A stretch of DNA of 64,000 nucleotides from an uncultured Clostridia bacterium. Lineage in GTDB: Bacteria > Bacillota > Clostridia > Lachnospirales > CAG-274. The notes beneath the pieces were generated by a model that saw nothing but the letters and a program-made list of their open reading frames with translations, was not told the origin of the DNA and ran no database searches. The stretch is from contig CANQBJ010000004.1 in assembly GCA_947589665.1 (NCBI GenBank), positions 4,591 to 68,590 of the forward strand, in the 5' to 3' direction. Positions 10,138 to 19,586 of the stretch are shown here, piece by piece. The position numbers and the translations under genes were made by a program. Each line of letters opens with the position of its first letter. Positions within the stretch are counted from its first letter, which is position 1.

Positions 10138-11424
10138 ATGGGTGACTCGGAAAGTTCCCAATATCTGTCGAGAATAATTATTTTAGTTGTATGTCTTGCG
10201 CTTTCAGGCTTTTTTTCCAGCTCTGAAACGGCTCTCACATCTTTAAGCAAAATAAGGATAAGAGCAATGGTTGAGGAAGGAGCCAAAAATGCCAGGCTCA
10301 TACAGAAGGTCACGGATAATTCCGCAAAGCTGTTAAGCACTATACTTATAGGCAATAATATAGTTAATATTGCAGCTTCGGCTATGGGAACGGTCATAGC
10401 TACCGACCTTTTCGGCAGTCGGGGTGTAGGTATTGCCACAGGCGTACTTACCATTCTTGTGCTTATTTTCGGTGAGGTCACGCCAAAGACCTATGCCAAG
10501 GACAACTGTGAGAAGATGAGCCAGTTTGTGGTCAAGCCTATAGCGGCGCTTACAGTTATAGCCACTCCTCTTGTTTTCCTGCTCAACATCATTACAGGAG
10601 CCATATTCAGGCTTATAGGTCAAGAGAACAGCGAAACTCCCGTTGTTACCGAAAATGAATTCAGAACAATGGTTGACGTAAGCCATGAGGAGGGCGTACT
10701 TGAGGGTGAAGAAAAGGAAATGATAACAAATGTGGTAGACTTCGGCAATGCTACAGCCGAGGAAATAATGGTACCGCGTATAGACATAATCTCGATCCCC
10801 GATGACATAAGCTATGAGGAAGCCGTAAAGACCTTCAGAGAAAAAAAATTCACACGTATTCCCGTATACAATGAAACAATAGATAACATTGTGGGCATAC
10901 TTTCCTTTAAGGATATTATGCTGCTGGAAAATGTTGATAATTTCAGAGTATCGGATTATTATAAAGAACCATATTTTACTTACGAATCAAAGCTGTGTTC
11001 AAAGCTTTTCGCAGGTATGAAAAAAAATTCCATATCAATGGCGATAGTACTTGACGAATACGGCGGAACAGCAGGCATAGTAACTCTCCAGGACCTTATT
11101 GAGGAGATAGTAGGTGACATTATAGACGAAATAAGAGATGATGAAGAGGAAATAACGTCCATAAAAGAGGATGAATATCTTGTTGACGGAAGTACAAGGC
11201 TTGATGATGTAAACGAGATATTAGGCACAGACTTTGAAAATGATGAAATAGAGTCCATAGGCGGCTATGTAATTGCAATAATAGGCAGATTTCCCGATAA
11301 GGGCGAGGTCGTTGAGGATGAAAACGCTAAGTTTTATATAGAGGAAATAGATAAGAACAGAATAGAAAAGCTTAAGATAGTCTTAAAGGAAAATAAAGAA
11401 GAACCTGATGAAAAGGAGAAATAG
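10138..11424 (+). CDS. CNNM/HlyC/CorC-family membrane protein (DUF21 + CBS pair + CorC_HlyC domain)
   Basis: Four N-terminal TM helices with the GEVTPK motif, a CBS pair, and a C-terminal GGYV...GR.P transporter-associated domain. AGGAG lies 10 nt upstream of the ATG. Confidence 0.85.
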   Translation: MGDSESSQYLSRIIILVVCLALSGFFSSSETALTSLSKIRIRAMVEEGAKNARLIQKVTDNSAKLLSTILIGNNIVNIAASAMGTVIATDLFGSRGVGIATGVLTILVLIFGEVTPKTYAKDNCEKMSQFVVKPIAALTVIATPLVFLLNIITGAIFRLIGQENSETPVVTENEFRTMVDVSHEEGVLEGEEKEMITNVVDFGNATAEEIMVPRIDIISIPDDISYEEAVKTFREKKFTRIPVYNETIDNIVGILSFKDIMLLENVDNFRVSDYYKEPYFTYESKLCSKLFAGMKKNSISMAIVLDEYGGTAGIVTLQDLIEEIVGDIIDEIRDDEEEITSIKEDEYLVDGSTRLDDVNEILGTDFENDEIESIGGYVIAIIGRFPDKGEVVEDENAKFYIEEIDKNRIEKLKIVLKENKEEPDEKEK

Positions 11425-11427
11425 TAT

Positions 11428-12459
11428 ATGTTGTTGGGCAATGATATTGGCATAGATCTGGGTACTGCCAGTGTAATTGTATACAGTAAGGGCGAGGGCA
11501 TTGTTCTTCAGGAGCCTTCCGTAGTCGCAGTCGATGAGAACAAGCACTCCATCGTGGCAGTAGGCGAGGAGGCACGCAAAATGCTAGGCAAAACTCCTGC
11601 CAATATTGTAGCCATAAGACCTCTGAGAGACGGTGTAATATCCGACTTTGAGGTGACTGAAAGAATGATAAGGTACTTTATAAGCAAGTCTGTAGGCACC
11701 AATTGGCTCAAAAAACCAAGGATTGCCGTATGTGTACCAAGTCATATAACAGAGGTGGAGAAAAGGGCAGTACAGGACTCTACCAGAAATGCAGGTGCAG
11801 GTCAGGTATTTATAATAGAGGAGCCTATAGCGGCAGCTATAGGTGCAGGACTTGACATAACGCGTCCCTGCGGAAGTATGGTAGTGGATATAGGAGGCGG
11901 CACTACAGATGTTGCCGTTATCTCCCTGGGCGGTATAGTTGCAGCTACCTCCCTTAAGATAGCAGGCGATAAATTTGACGAGGCAATAGTTCGCTATATG
12001 AGAAGAAAACACAATATGCTCATAGGCGAAAGAACGGCTGAGAACCTTAAGATAATAATAGGTACTGCCGATAAGGAAGCTCCTGTGTCAACTCTTGAAG
12101 TAAGGGGAAGGAATATTACATCGGGTTTGCCTATGACTCTGGAAATAAGCTCAACAGAAATAAACGAGGCTTTAAACGAGTCTGTTACCGCAATAGTGGA
12201 CGCTGTGCGCTTTGTTCTGGAGCAGACCCCTCCCGAGCTTGCAGGCGATGTATCTGACAGAGGTATAGTACTTACGGGAGGAGGCTCCCTTCTTTCCGGA
12301 CTTAACAGGGTCATAGAAAAGGAAACCGGCATAAAGTGTGTTATTGCCGATGATCCCGTTAGCTGTGTGGCTGTAGGTACAGGCAAATATATAGAGTATC
12401 AGACAATAGACGATACAGGCTTTTTTGCCAATATCAAAAGATTATTCAATAAAAATTAA
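11428..12459 (+). CDS. mreB: Rod-shape-determining actin homologue MreB/Mbl
   Basis: DIGIDLGTA phosphate-1 motif, VVDIGGGTTD, and GIVLTGGGSLL. Confidence 0.9.
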   Translation: MLLGNDIGIDLGTASVIVYSKGEGIVLQEPSVVAVDENKHSIVAVGEEARKMLGKTPANIVAIRPLRDGVISDFEVTERMIRYFISKSVGTNWLKKPRIAVCVPSHITEVEKRAVQDSTRNAGAGQVFIIEEPIAAAIGAGLDITRPCGSMVVDIGGGTTDVAVISLGGIVAATSLKIAGDKFDEAIVRYMRRKHNMLIGERTAENLKIIIGTADKEAPVSTLEVRGRNITSGLPMTLEISSTEINEALNESVTAIVDAVRFVLEQTPPELAGDVSDRGIVLTGGGSLLSGLNRVIEKETGIKCVIADDPVSCVAVGTGKYIEYQTIDDTGFFANIKRLFNKN

Positions 12460-12486
12460 GAGCTGTTTGAAACGGCTCTTTTTTAC
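12459..12486 (+). terminator. Intrinsic terminator after mreB
   Basis: Stem AGAGCTG/CGGCTCT (one G-U pair) followed by TTTTTT. Confidence 0.7.
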
Positions 12487-12560
12487 GCAGCAAAATTTGT
12501 ATGGATATTTATGTCATAATGTTGTATAATTAAGTAAATCTTAAAAAGGAAAAAAATGCT

Positions 12561-13208
12561 ATGAAATATATTTTATTTGACCTTGATGGCACTCTTACAG
12601 ACCCTCAGCAGGGTATAACCAATTCCGTTGCCTATGCCTTAAGACATTTCGGCATAGAGACCGAGGATAACTCTACTCTTAATAAATTCATAGGACCGCC
12701 TCTTATATATTCCTTTGTAAAATACAGCGGACTTACCGAGGAACAGGCTAAGTATGCCATTAAGAAATACAGGGAGTATTTTGGCCCCAAGGGTATATTT
12801 GAAAATAAAGTATACAAGGGCATACCCGATGTGCTTGGTACTCTTAAGGCAAGAGGGGAAAAGGTCATACTTGCTACATCCAAGCCGTGGATATATGCGG
12901 AGCAGATACTTGAACACTTTGATTTCAAGAAATATTTTGACTTTGTATCGGGTAGTGAGATGAACGGCGACAGAAATTCAAAGGCGGAGGTAATTGCCTA
13001 TGCCATAGAAGGATATGGCATTGACAAGGATAAAGCGGTAATGATAGGCGACAGAAAGCACGATATCATAGGCGCCGAGGAAAACGATATAAGGTCAATA
13101 GGCGTACTTTACGGATATGGCTGCGCCGAAGAATTTATAAATGCCTCTGCCGTAGCCCAAAATGTGGGGGATATTATTGCTGCAATAGACAGTATATTTA
13201 AGGAATGA
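12561..13208 (+). CDS. HAD-superfamily hydrolase (phosphoglycolate phosphatase-like, subfamily IA)
   Basis: DLDGTL motif I, TSK motif II region, and GDRKHD motif IV. Confidence 0.8.
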   Translation: MKYILFDLDGTLTDPQQGITNSVAYALRHFGIETEDNSTLNKFIGPPLIYSFVKYSGLTEEQAKYAIKKYREYFGPKGIFENKVYKGIPDVLGTLKARGEKVILATSKPWIYAEQILEHFDFKKYFDFVSGSEMNGDRNSKAEVIAYAIEGYGIDKDKAVMIGDRKHDIIGAEENDIRSIGVLYGYGCAEEFINASAVAQNVGDIIAAIDSIFKE

Positions 13209-13212
13209 TACT

Positions 13213-15309
13213 ATGAAAAAAATGATAATTGCCGAAAAGCCCTCTGTAGCAAGAGATATAGCGCGGGTGCTTAAATGCAGCGCAAAGGGTGACGGCTATC
13301 TTTACAATGACGACTATATTATAAGCTGGGCTATAGGTCATCTTGTGACACTTTGCGAGCCTGAGGAATATGACCCTAAGTATAAAAAATGGGACGCGTC
13401 ACTTCTTCCTATAATTCCCGATGTCATAAAGATAAAGCCTATCAAAAATACAAAGTCACAGTTTGAGCTTTTAAAGAAAATAATGAATTCTCCCAAGGTA
13501 GACAGCCTTATATGCGCAACAGATAGCGGAAGAGAGGGAGAGCTTATTTTCAGATACATTTATGAGCTTGCAGGCTGTACAAAGCCCTTTGAAAGACTGT
13601 GGATATCCTCTATGACAGACGCTGCCATAAAGGATGGCTTTGACAAGCTCAGGGACGGAAAGGAATATGACAACCTTTATAAAAGCGCTAAATGCCGTTC
13701 CGAGGCGGACTGGCTTGTAGGAATAAATGCCAGCAGAGCCTTTACAATAAAGTACAACGCTCTTTTAAGCATAGGCAGGGTGCAGACGCCTACCCTTGCC
13801 ATTATTGCGGCAAGGCAAAAGGAAATAGACACCTTTGTACCTACTGAGTACTGGGAGGCTGAGGCAGACTTCGGCAAGTATAAGGGCTTGTGGTTCAATA
13901 GAGAAAATGACGATACCAAAATAAAGACTAAAGAAAAGGCAGAGGAAATAAGGGATAACGTAAAAAATGGCAAAGGCGTTGTTGCATCTGTGGACTGCGA
14001 GGAAAAGAAAAATCCTCCGCCTCTGTTATACGATCTTACGGAGCTTCAGAGAGACTGCAACAAAAAATTCGGCTTTTCGGCGCAGAAAACCCTTTCAATA
14101 GTACAGGACCTCTACGAAAAGAGGAAAATGGTAACATATCCCAGAACAGACAGCAGATATCTCTCCGACGATATGATACCAAAGCTTAAGGTAATAGCGG
14201 GAAGGCTTAACAACACAAAGGAATATAAGGACTTTGCGTCCTATGTTGTGGGACTTGAAAAGCTGCCTATAACGAAAAGGATAATAGACAATTCCAAAAT
14301 AAGCGATCACCATGCCATTATACCTACAGAGGTGAATATAGACATAAGTAAATTAAGCGATGTTGAATTTAAGGTATATGACCTTATTGCAAGACGCTTT
14401 CTGGCTGTATTTTATCCCTATTATGTATACAGCACTACTAAAATAGTGACCGATGTAAACAGTGAAAGCTTTGTTACAAGGGGAACGACCGTAATTGACA
14501 AGGGCTGGACTGTACTCAATGTGAATACGGAAAAGGAAAAGAAAAAGGAAGAGGTCCTTCCCGATGTCGTTAAGGGGGATATATACGATGTTGTAAGCGT
14601 AAAAATATCCTGCAAAAAGACTAAGCCCCCCAAACCATATAACGAGGCAGGACTTCTTTCCGCTATGGAAAATGCAGGTAGGTTTGTGGAGGACGAGGCT
14701 CTTAAGGAGCAGCTTAAGGAATCGGGCTTAGGCACGCCTGCTACAAGGGCTGCCATTATAGAAAGGCTTATACAGGTAGGCTATGTAGTTAGAAAGGGCA
14801 AAAATCTTATACCTACAGAGAAGGGAAGAAAGCTTATAGAGGTAGTGCCTGTGGAGTTAAAGTCTCCCGAAACTACCGGCAAGTGGGAAAAGGGACTTAC
14901 CTCAGTTGCCAAGGGCAAAATGGATACGGAAAGGTTTATGGGCAGCATAAAGAGATATGTAAATTACATTGTAGAGCGTTCAGCTAAGGAAAGCTGCAAG
15001 GTGATATTCGCAGCTGACAAGCCCAGAGGGAAAAAAGCAAAGGCTGCGGTACTGGGAATATGCCCTGAGTGTCAGGGCCACATACTTGAAAATTCAAAGG
15101 GGTATTACTGCAGTAACTGGAAACAGGGCTGTAAATTCACCATATGGAAAAATGCCCTTGAAAACTATGGCATCAATATAGATGCGGAGTTTGTGAAAAA
15201 TATACTTGACAAAAAAACACTTGAAGATATTGACGTAAATACTCCCGAAAAATATAAGTGCGATATAACGCTTAAGGAAAAGGGAAGGCTTGAGGTGACA
15301 AGGAAATAG
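13213..15309 (+). CDS. topB: DNA topoisomerase III
   Basis: TOPRIM (IIAEKPS, DSGREGE), type IA core (SIGRVQTPTL), catalytic YPRTDSRYL, and a C-terminal Zn-ribbon (CPECQG...CSNW..C). Confidence 0.9.
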   Translation: MKKMIIAEKPSVARDIARVLKCSAKGDGYLYNDDYIISWAIGHLVTLCEPEEYDPKYKKWDASLLPIIPDVIKIKPIKNTKSQFELLKKIMNSPKVDSLICATDSGREGELIFRYIYELAGCTKPFERLWISSMTDAAIKDGFDKLRDGKEYDNLYKSAKCRSEADWLVGINASRAFTIKYNALLSIGRVQTPTLAIIAARQKEIDTFVPTEYWEAEADFGKYKGLWFNRENDDTKIKTKEKAEEIRDNVKNGKGVVASVDCEEKKNPPPLLYDLTELQRDCNKKFGFSAQKTLSIVQDLYEKRKMVTYPRTDSRYLSDDMIPKLKVIAGRLNNTKEYKDFASYVVGLEKLPITKRIIDNSKISDHHAIIPTEVNIDISKLSDVEFKVYDLIARRFLAVFYPYYVYSTTKIVTDVNSESFVTRGTTVIDKGWTVLNVNTEKEKKKEEVLPDVVKGDIYDVVSVKISCKKTKPPKPYNEAGLLSAMENAGRFVEDEALKEQLKESGLGTPATRAAIIERLIQVGYVVRKGKNLIPTEKGRKLIEVVPVELKSPETTGKWEKGLTSVAKGKMDTERFMGSIKRYVNYIVERSAKESCKVIFAADKPRGKKAKAAVLGICPECQGHILENSKGYYCSNWKQGCKFTIWKNALENYGINIDAEFVKNILDKKTLEDIDVNTPEKYKCDITLKEKGRLEVTRK

Positions 15310-15310
15310 T

Positions 15311-15733
15311 TTATTGTATGGTATATTCTCCCATTTCGTCCAAAAGCTCTTCACATTCCATAAGGGACAGTGAATTATTAAAGGCAAATATTATAATGCT
15401 GTCTCTCTTATTGCGGGGATGCAGTTCGTTTACGCCTGCTATACTCATAAGACGCTGAGCGCTTTTAAGGTCAAGAGACATACCGAAGGCAAGCTGCAGC
15501 AGTTTATCTCTTGAAGGATTTTTCTGCCCTGCAAATATTTGATAGCCGTATTGCGTATTGAGATTGGCATTTTCTATCGCTCTCGCTTTGTCAATATTCT
15601 TTTCCGAAAGAAGCTCGTTGAGATATTGAGCAAGGCTTGAATTGATGAATTCATTCTTGTTGCTGTTTAAAAAATACTTTATATTGCTGTCCTTTTTAAG
15701 AGCGTCAAGGAGCTGCGCCGTTGTTTTCTTCAT
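15311..15733 (-). CDS. XRE-like helix-turn-helix regulator (short Clostridial family with C-terminal RD..II.F motif)
   Basis: HTH-like YGYQIFAGQKNPSRDKLLQLAFGM followed by LHPRNKRDSIIIFA. Divergent from the kinase gene. Confidence 0.6.
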   Translation of the reverse strand: MKKTTAQLLDALKKDSNIKYFLNSNKNEFINSSLAQYLNELLSEKNIDKARAIENANLNTQYGYQIFAGQKNPSRDKLLQLAFGMSLDLKSAQRLMSIAGVNELHPRNKRDSIIIFAFNNSLSLMECEELLDEMGEYTIQ

Positions 15734-15798
15734 TAAGTATCACCTCTTATATAATATAAGATATAATTTTACATTTTTCAAGAGAAAAAGGTGTTTTT

Positions 15799-16902
15799 AT
15801 GGATAATTCGGTAAAATATAAGCTTTCGCAGTATAAGGATATAAGACCTCTCAACGAAGAGGGTACAGTAATGCTTGTGTTAAGGCTTACCGACGATGTA
15901 CTCTGTGTCAAAAGATATGCCGATAAGGAGCTTTTGGAAGTATATGAAAAGCTTAAAACGGTCAAAAACGAAAACATTCCCGAAATTTACGATGTAATAG
16001 AAACAGAAAATAATATTGTTATAGCGGAGCAGTATATAAAGGGCAGGACCCTTGAAGAAATGATCAGGGAAAAGGGCTGCCTTACAAAAAATGAGACCTG
16101 CGCCCTTATTCTGGACGTCTGCTCTGCCCTTAAGGCTGTACATAAACTGAATATCGTACATAGGGATATTTCACCGGATAATATTATAATTACTGATGAA
16201 GGCAAAGGCTTTCTGCTGGATTTTGATATATCCCGCCGCAGCAACAAGGAAAAATCCGTAGATACTTCAATACTGGGTACATTTGGCTTTGCATCGCCCG
16301 AACAGTACGGCTTTACTCAGACGGATGCCAGAAGTGATATATATTCTGCGGGAGTTCTGCTGAATTATATGCTTACGGGACATATAGTACAGGAGGGGAT
16401 ATATGACAAAGCTCCGTTTAAGAGCATAATAAACAAGGCTGTAAAAATAGACCCCGATATGAGATACAGAAATATAGAGTCTATGGAAAGAGATATAAAA
16501 AGGCATTATATTCCCATAGACCTGAAAAGTATTCCTTCAAAGCTTATTTCGGATATTAAGGAGACCCGCCTGTCCGATATTGCATTGTTCCCGCCTCCGG
16601 GCTTCAGGAGCGGCAGCATAATAAGGATGACAATAGCACTGCTGTCTTATATTATACTTGCCGTTTTGCTGGTAACTAACGCATATTCCTTTAAAAGCAC
16701 AGGTGAGATCATAGATTTTGTAATACTGTATGTAATGGAGATCATATTCCCTATGTGGCTTTTTGGCAACGGAGCAAGGCAGATAAGACTTATACCCGGT
16801 CTCAGAAGACTGGGATATCCCGGAAGATTATTTGCCTCAGCAGTTGTATATTTTGCTGTTGATATATTCATAATTACAGTTATACCTACACCTTTTATAT
16901 AA
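15799..16902 (+). CDS. Atypical Hanks-type Ser/Thr protein kinase with C-terminal polytopic membrane domain
   Basis: Catalytic loop HRDISPDNIII, DFD in place of DFG, SPE in place of APE, and a VKRY lysine. No canonical GxGxxG loop. The last ~110 aa contain 3-4 hydrophobic helices. Confidence 0.8.
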   Translation: MDNSVKYKLSQYKDIRPLNEEGTVMLVLRLTDDVLCVKRYADKELLEVYEKLKTVKNENIPEIYDVIETENNIVIAEQYIKGRTLEEMIREKGCLTKNETCALILDVCSALKAVHKLNIVHRDISPDNIIITDEGKGFLLDFDISRRSNKEKSVDTSILGTFGFASPEQYGFTQTDARSDIYSAGVLLNYMLTGHIVQEGIYDKAPFKSIINKAVKIDPDMRYRNIESMERDIKRHYIPIDLKSIPSKLISDIKETRLSDIALFPPPGFRSGSIIRMTIALLSYIILAVLLVTNAYSFKSTGEIIDFVILYVMEIIFPMWLFGNGARQIRLIPGLRRLGYPGRLFASAVVYFAVDIFIITVIPTPFI

Positions 16903-16932
16903 AAATTAAGCCGACAGCTTAACAATACAATG

Positions 16933-16970
16933 GCGCCTTACGCTATAATAACAGCGTAAGGTGCTTTTTT
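16933..16970 (+). terminator. Intrinsic terminator after the kinase gene
   Basis: 12-bp stem GCGCCTTACGCT/AGCGTAAGGTGC followed by TTTTTT. Confidence 0.8.
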
Positions 16971-17082
16971 CATTGATAACTTTAATGAAAAAAACATTGA
17001 AATATGCTAAGTGTAATTTCCGCTAATTGGATTTATACTTTATATGGTATTTTGTCTTATTCTGTAAAAAGAGGTGATTTTA

Positions 17083-17349
17083 ATGGATGCCGATAACCTT
17101 GCAGGAATATACAAAGAAATAGCTGCGGAAACAGATATCGACACTGCTATCGCAATGTTCAGAATGTTCAATGGTCAGCAAATCGTATTTCCTAAAAGAC
17201 TTTATAATAAAAATTATATCAGACAATATATAATAGAAAATTATAACGGCAAAAATATCAGAAAACTATCTCAGGAATTGAATTATTCCGACAGGCGGAT
17301 AAGACAGATACTAAACGAAGAAATATGCAAACCCAATAAGGAGGAATAG
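17083..17349 (+). CDS. Mor-family (phage Mu Mor-like) small transcriptional activator
   Basis: The pattern F.G..I.FPK....R...I...Y.G.N...L...Y..S.R.I..I matches Mor/CD3324-type proteins. GAGGTG RBS before ATG 17083. Confidence 0.6.
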   Translation: MDADNLAGIYKEIAAETDIDTAIAMFRMFNGQQIVFPKRLYNKNYIRQYIIENYNGKNIRKLSQELNYSDRRIRQILNEEICKPNKEE

Positions 17350-17351
17350 TT

Positions 17352-18704
17352 ATGGGATTATTCGGTTCAGCAGCAAAACTCGGCGGCGTTCAAACATCTA
17401 AAAAAATTGAAAATGCAAGATATGATGCTATCAATGGTATCGCTCAGGACAATATATTGAAATTTGTAAAGACAACGACAGGCTGTGAAAGCCTTTATAA
17501 CCTGATATCGGTATATGAAGGACTGCCAAATACATATTTTGAAGTACCGGGCAATAAAAAAGAAGCTATAATAGTTTATGAACAGGCATCAAAGCTTTTG
17601 ACAGATCAGGAGCTAAGAAGTAAGGTGGCTGACAGTGTTGTTTATTTTCTTATGTCAGGTACCGTAATGGGTGTGGCAACATATGGTCTTATTGCTATTC
17701 CCGAGGGAATAATAACTGTAAGTTTCCTTTCAGGCAAATTCATACCTCGCGAAGATATAGAGGATATATTTATAGACAATAGCAGAAAACTGCAGATAAG
17801 GACAAAGGACGGAAACAGTACGGAGATACTTGCTTCAAATTATAAAGAAGTAAAGGCTCAGGCAGAAAGATATGTGGAAATGTTGAAGAAGCTCTACTGT
17901 TCACCCGACGGATCATTGCCGGATATAGAAAAAATAAAGCAGGATGTTAAAAGTAAGGGCGTTGAAGCAGTTACAGGTGCAGCAAGAAACTATATATATT
18001 CACCTGTTATAGATAAAAGTAAAACATTTAGCGCAAGGATCAAAAAAATTGTATACGGTATAATGATAGTTTTCGTTATAATAGCTATACTTAGCCTTAT
18101 TACAGGTCAGGGCGATACGGATACGACAGACATATCCGACAGCTCATCAGATACAGGCTTTGTGGAACAATCAGATACAGCTGATACGGCAGGTACAGCA
18201 GGTACGGAGGAACAAGCGGCAGTGCAGAGCGGTGCGGCAACTCCCTATGATATCTATGAATATTTATCAGATAATGAATTGATATCCTATACGTTGACAG
18301 ATAATGCAGCTAATTTCCTTCGTGAACATCCTCAGCTGTTCCCTGCTGCAACAGAAGAAGAATGTGACAGCTATACAAACTGGGATATAGAGTATAAGCA
18401 TATAAGCAAAAGTCCTTCGTCATGCGGAGGAGAGCTTATGTTTATAATGGGCGATATAAATGAAATATATGAATATTCTCCAGAAAATACAGGACTTGAC
18501 AGTCCGCTTACAGTTATTAGAATATCAGATTACGACGGTAATATTATATCTGTTTTCTATATGGACACTATTGATCTTTATGAGGGGGATTCTATAAACG
18601 GATATGTACTTCCCCTCGATCTGTCATCTTATGAAAATGCATTAAGCGGTCAAACGACCTGTCTTGTATGTGCAGGAGCGTATCTGAACGGACGTCAGTA
18701 TTGA
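17352..18704 (+). CDS. Hypothetical bitopic membrane protein (cytoplasmic N-domain, one TM, D/S/T-rich linker, extracytoplasmic C-domain)
   Basis: Long ORF starting 3 nt after the Mor-like gene. TM segment IVYGIMIVFVIIAILSLI, acidic low-complexity linker DTDTTDISDSSSDTG. No family recognised. Confidence 0.6.
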   Translation: MGLFGSAAKLGGVQTSKKIENARYDAINGIAQDNILKFVKTTTGCESLYNLISVYEGLPNTYFEVPGNKKEAIIVYEQASKLLTDQELRSKVADSVVYFLMSGTVMGVATYGLIAIPEGIITVSFLSGKFIPREDIEDIFIDNSRKLQIRTKDGNSTEILASNYKEVKAQAERYVEMLKKLYCSPDGSLPDIEKIKQDVKSKGVEAVTGAARNYIYSPVIDKSKTFSARIKKIVYGIMIVFVIIAILSLITGQGDTDTTDISDSSSDTGFVEQSDTADTAGTAGTEEQAAVQSGAATPYDIYEYLSDNELISYTLTDNAANFLREHPQLFPAATEEECDSYTNWDIEYKHISKSPSSCGGELMFIMGDINEIYEYSPENTGLDSPLTVIRISDYDGNIISVFYMDTIDLYEGDSINGYVLPLDLSSYENALSGQTTCLVCAGAYLNGRQY

Positions 18705-18720
18705 TAAAGGAGGAACAAAT

Positions 18721-18903
18721 ATGGTAATACTTTTTGTAGTAGCCTTAGTTTTATCCATCGTGATAACAACTTTTATATTCAAATTGATATACAGAAATTC
18801 TTACGGTACTACAGGCGCATATGCAAAGAGATTTTTTGTAATATGGTTTATCGTTGCAATGGCTATGACAAAATTGGTAATGATGGCCACAGGAGTAGAT
18901 TAA
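18721..18903 (+). CDS. Small two-TM membrane protein (hypothetical)
   Basis: GGAGG RBS 8 nt upstream and two hydrophobic helices. 16 nt downstream of the previous gene. Confidence 0.45.
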   Translation: MVILFVVALVLSIVITTFIFKLIYRNSYGTTGAYAKRFFVIWFIVAMAMTKLVMMATGVD

Positions 18904-18998
18904 AATACATAATATAAGGTCTGATACCGTTATACATAATATGCTGTCCCATCGGCAAAGCCGCAGGCGGTATAGGTATAAAGGGTACAGACAGTATG

Positions 18999-19030
18999 AA
19001 GCGGAGTTTTTAACACTCCGCTTTTCTTTA
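18999..19030 (+). terminator. Intrinsic terminator closing the 17.1-18.9 kb operon
   Basis: Stem AAGCGGAGT/ACTCCGCTT followed by TTTCTTT. Confidence 0.75.
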
Positions 19031-19091
19031 TTTGACTTTATTTTGCCGATGTAGTATACTTAAAGGAAGTAAAAGCGAAAGGAGATTTATT

Positions 19092-19586
19092 ATGCAGGAT
19101 ATTAAGAACATTTTACTTGAAATTTTGGAAAAGAACAGCAGAGTTAGCCTTGAGGATATGGCAGCCATGCTGGGAAAGAGTAATGATGAAATAGCCGCGG
19201 CGCTTGATGAACTGCAGAGGGATCAGATCATTTGCGGTTACACTACATTGATAAACTGGGACAAGACAGACAGAGAATTTGTTACGGCTATGATAGAGGT
19301 CAAGGTAACTCCGCAGAGGGACAGCGGCTTTGAGAAAATAGCCGAGAGGATATATGGATTTGATGACGTTAAGGCTGTTTATCTTATGGCGGGAGCATAC
19401 GATCTCCTTGTTATGATGGACGGCAAGAATATAAAGGAAATTTCTCACTTTATTTCAGATAAGCTTTCGCCTCTGGACAACGTACTGAGTACGTCCACAC
19501 ATTTTGTACTTAAGAAATACAAGGAGCATGGCATTATCATGGAGAAAAAGTGTGATAAGGATGAAAGGATGATTGTTACACCATGA
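19092..19586 (+). CDS. Lrp/AsnC-family transcriptional regulator
   Basis: N-terminal wHTH (ILEILEKNSRVSLEDMAAMLG) and a C-terminal RAM/AsnC_trans_reg domain. AGGAG lies before ATG 19092. Confidence 0.85.
   Translation: MQDIKNILLEILEKNSRVSLEDMAAMLGKSNDEIAAALDELQRDQIICGYTTLINWDKTDREFVTAMIEVKVTPQRDSGFEKIAERIYGFDDVKAVYLMAGAYDLLVMMDGKNIKEISHFISDKLSPLDNVLSTSTHFVLKKYKEHGIIMEKKCDKDERMIVTP

Noticed and set aside
13213-15309. Topoisomerase III as a possible marker of a conjugative or integrative element.
   Set aside because: No integrase, relaxase, T4SS, replication or partition genes and no flanking direct repeats are visible. The neighbours on the 5' side are housekeeping genes (mreB, HAD).
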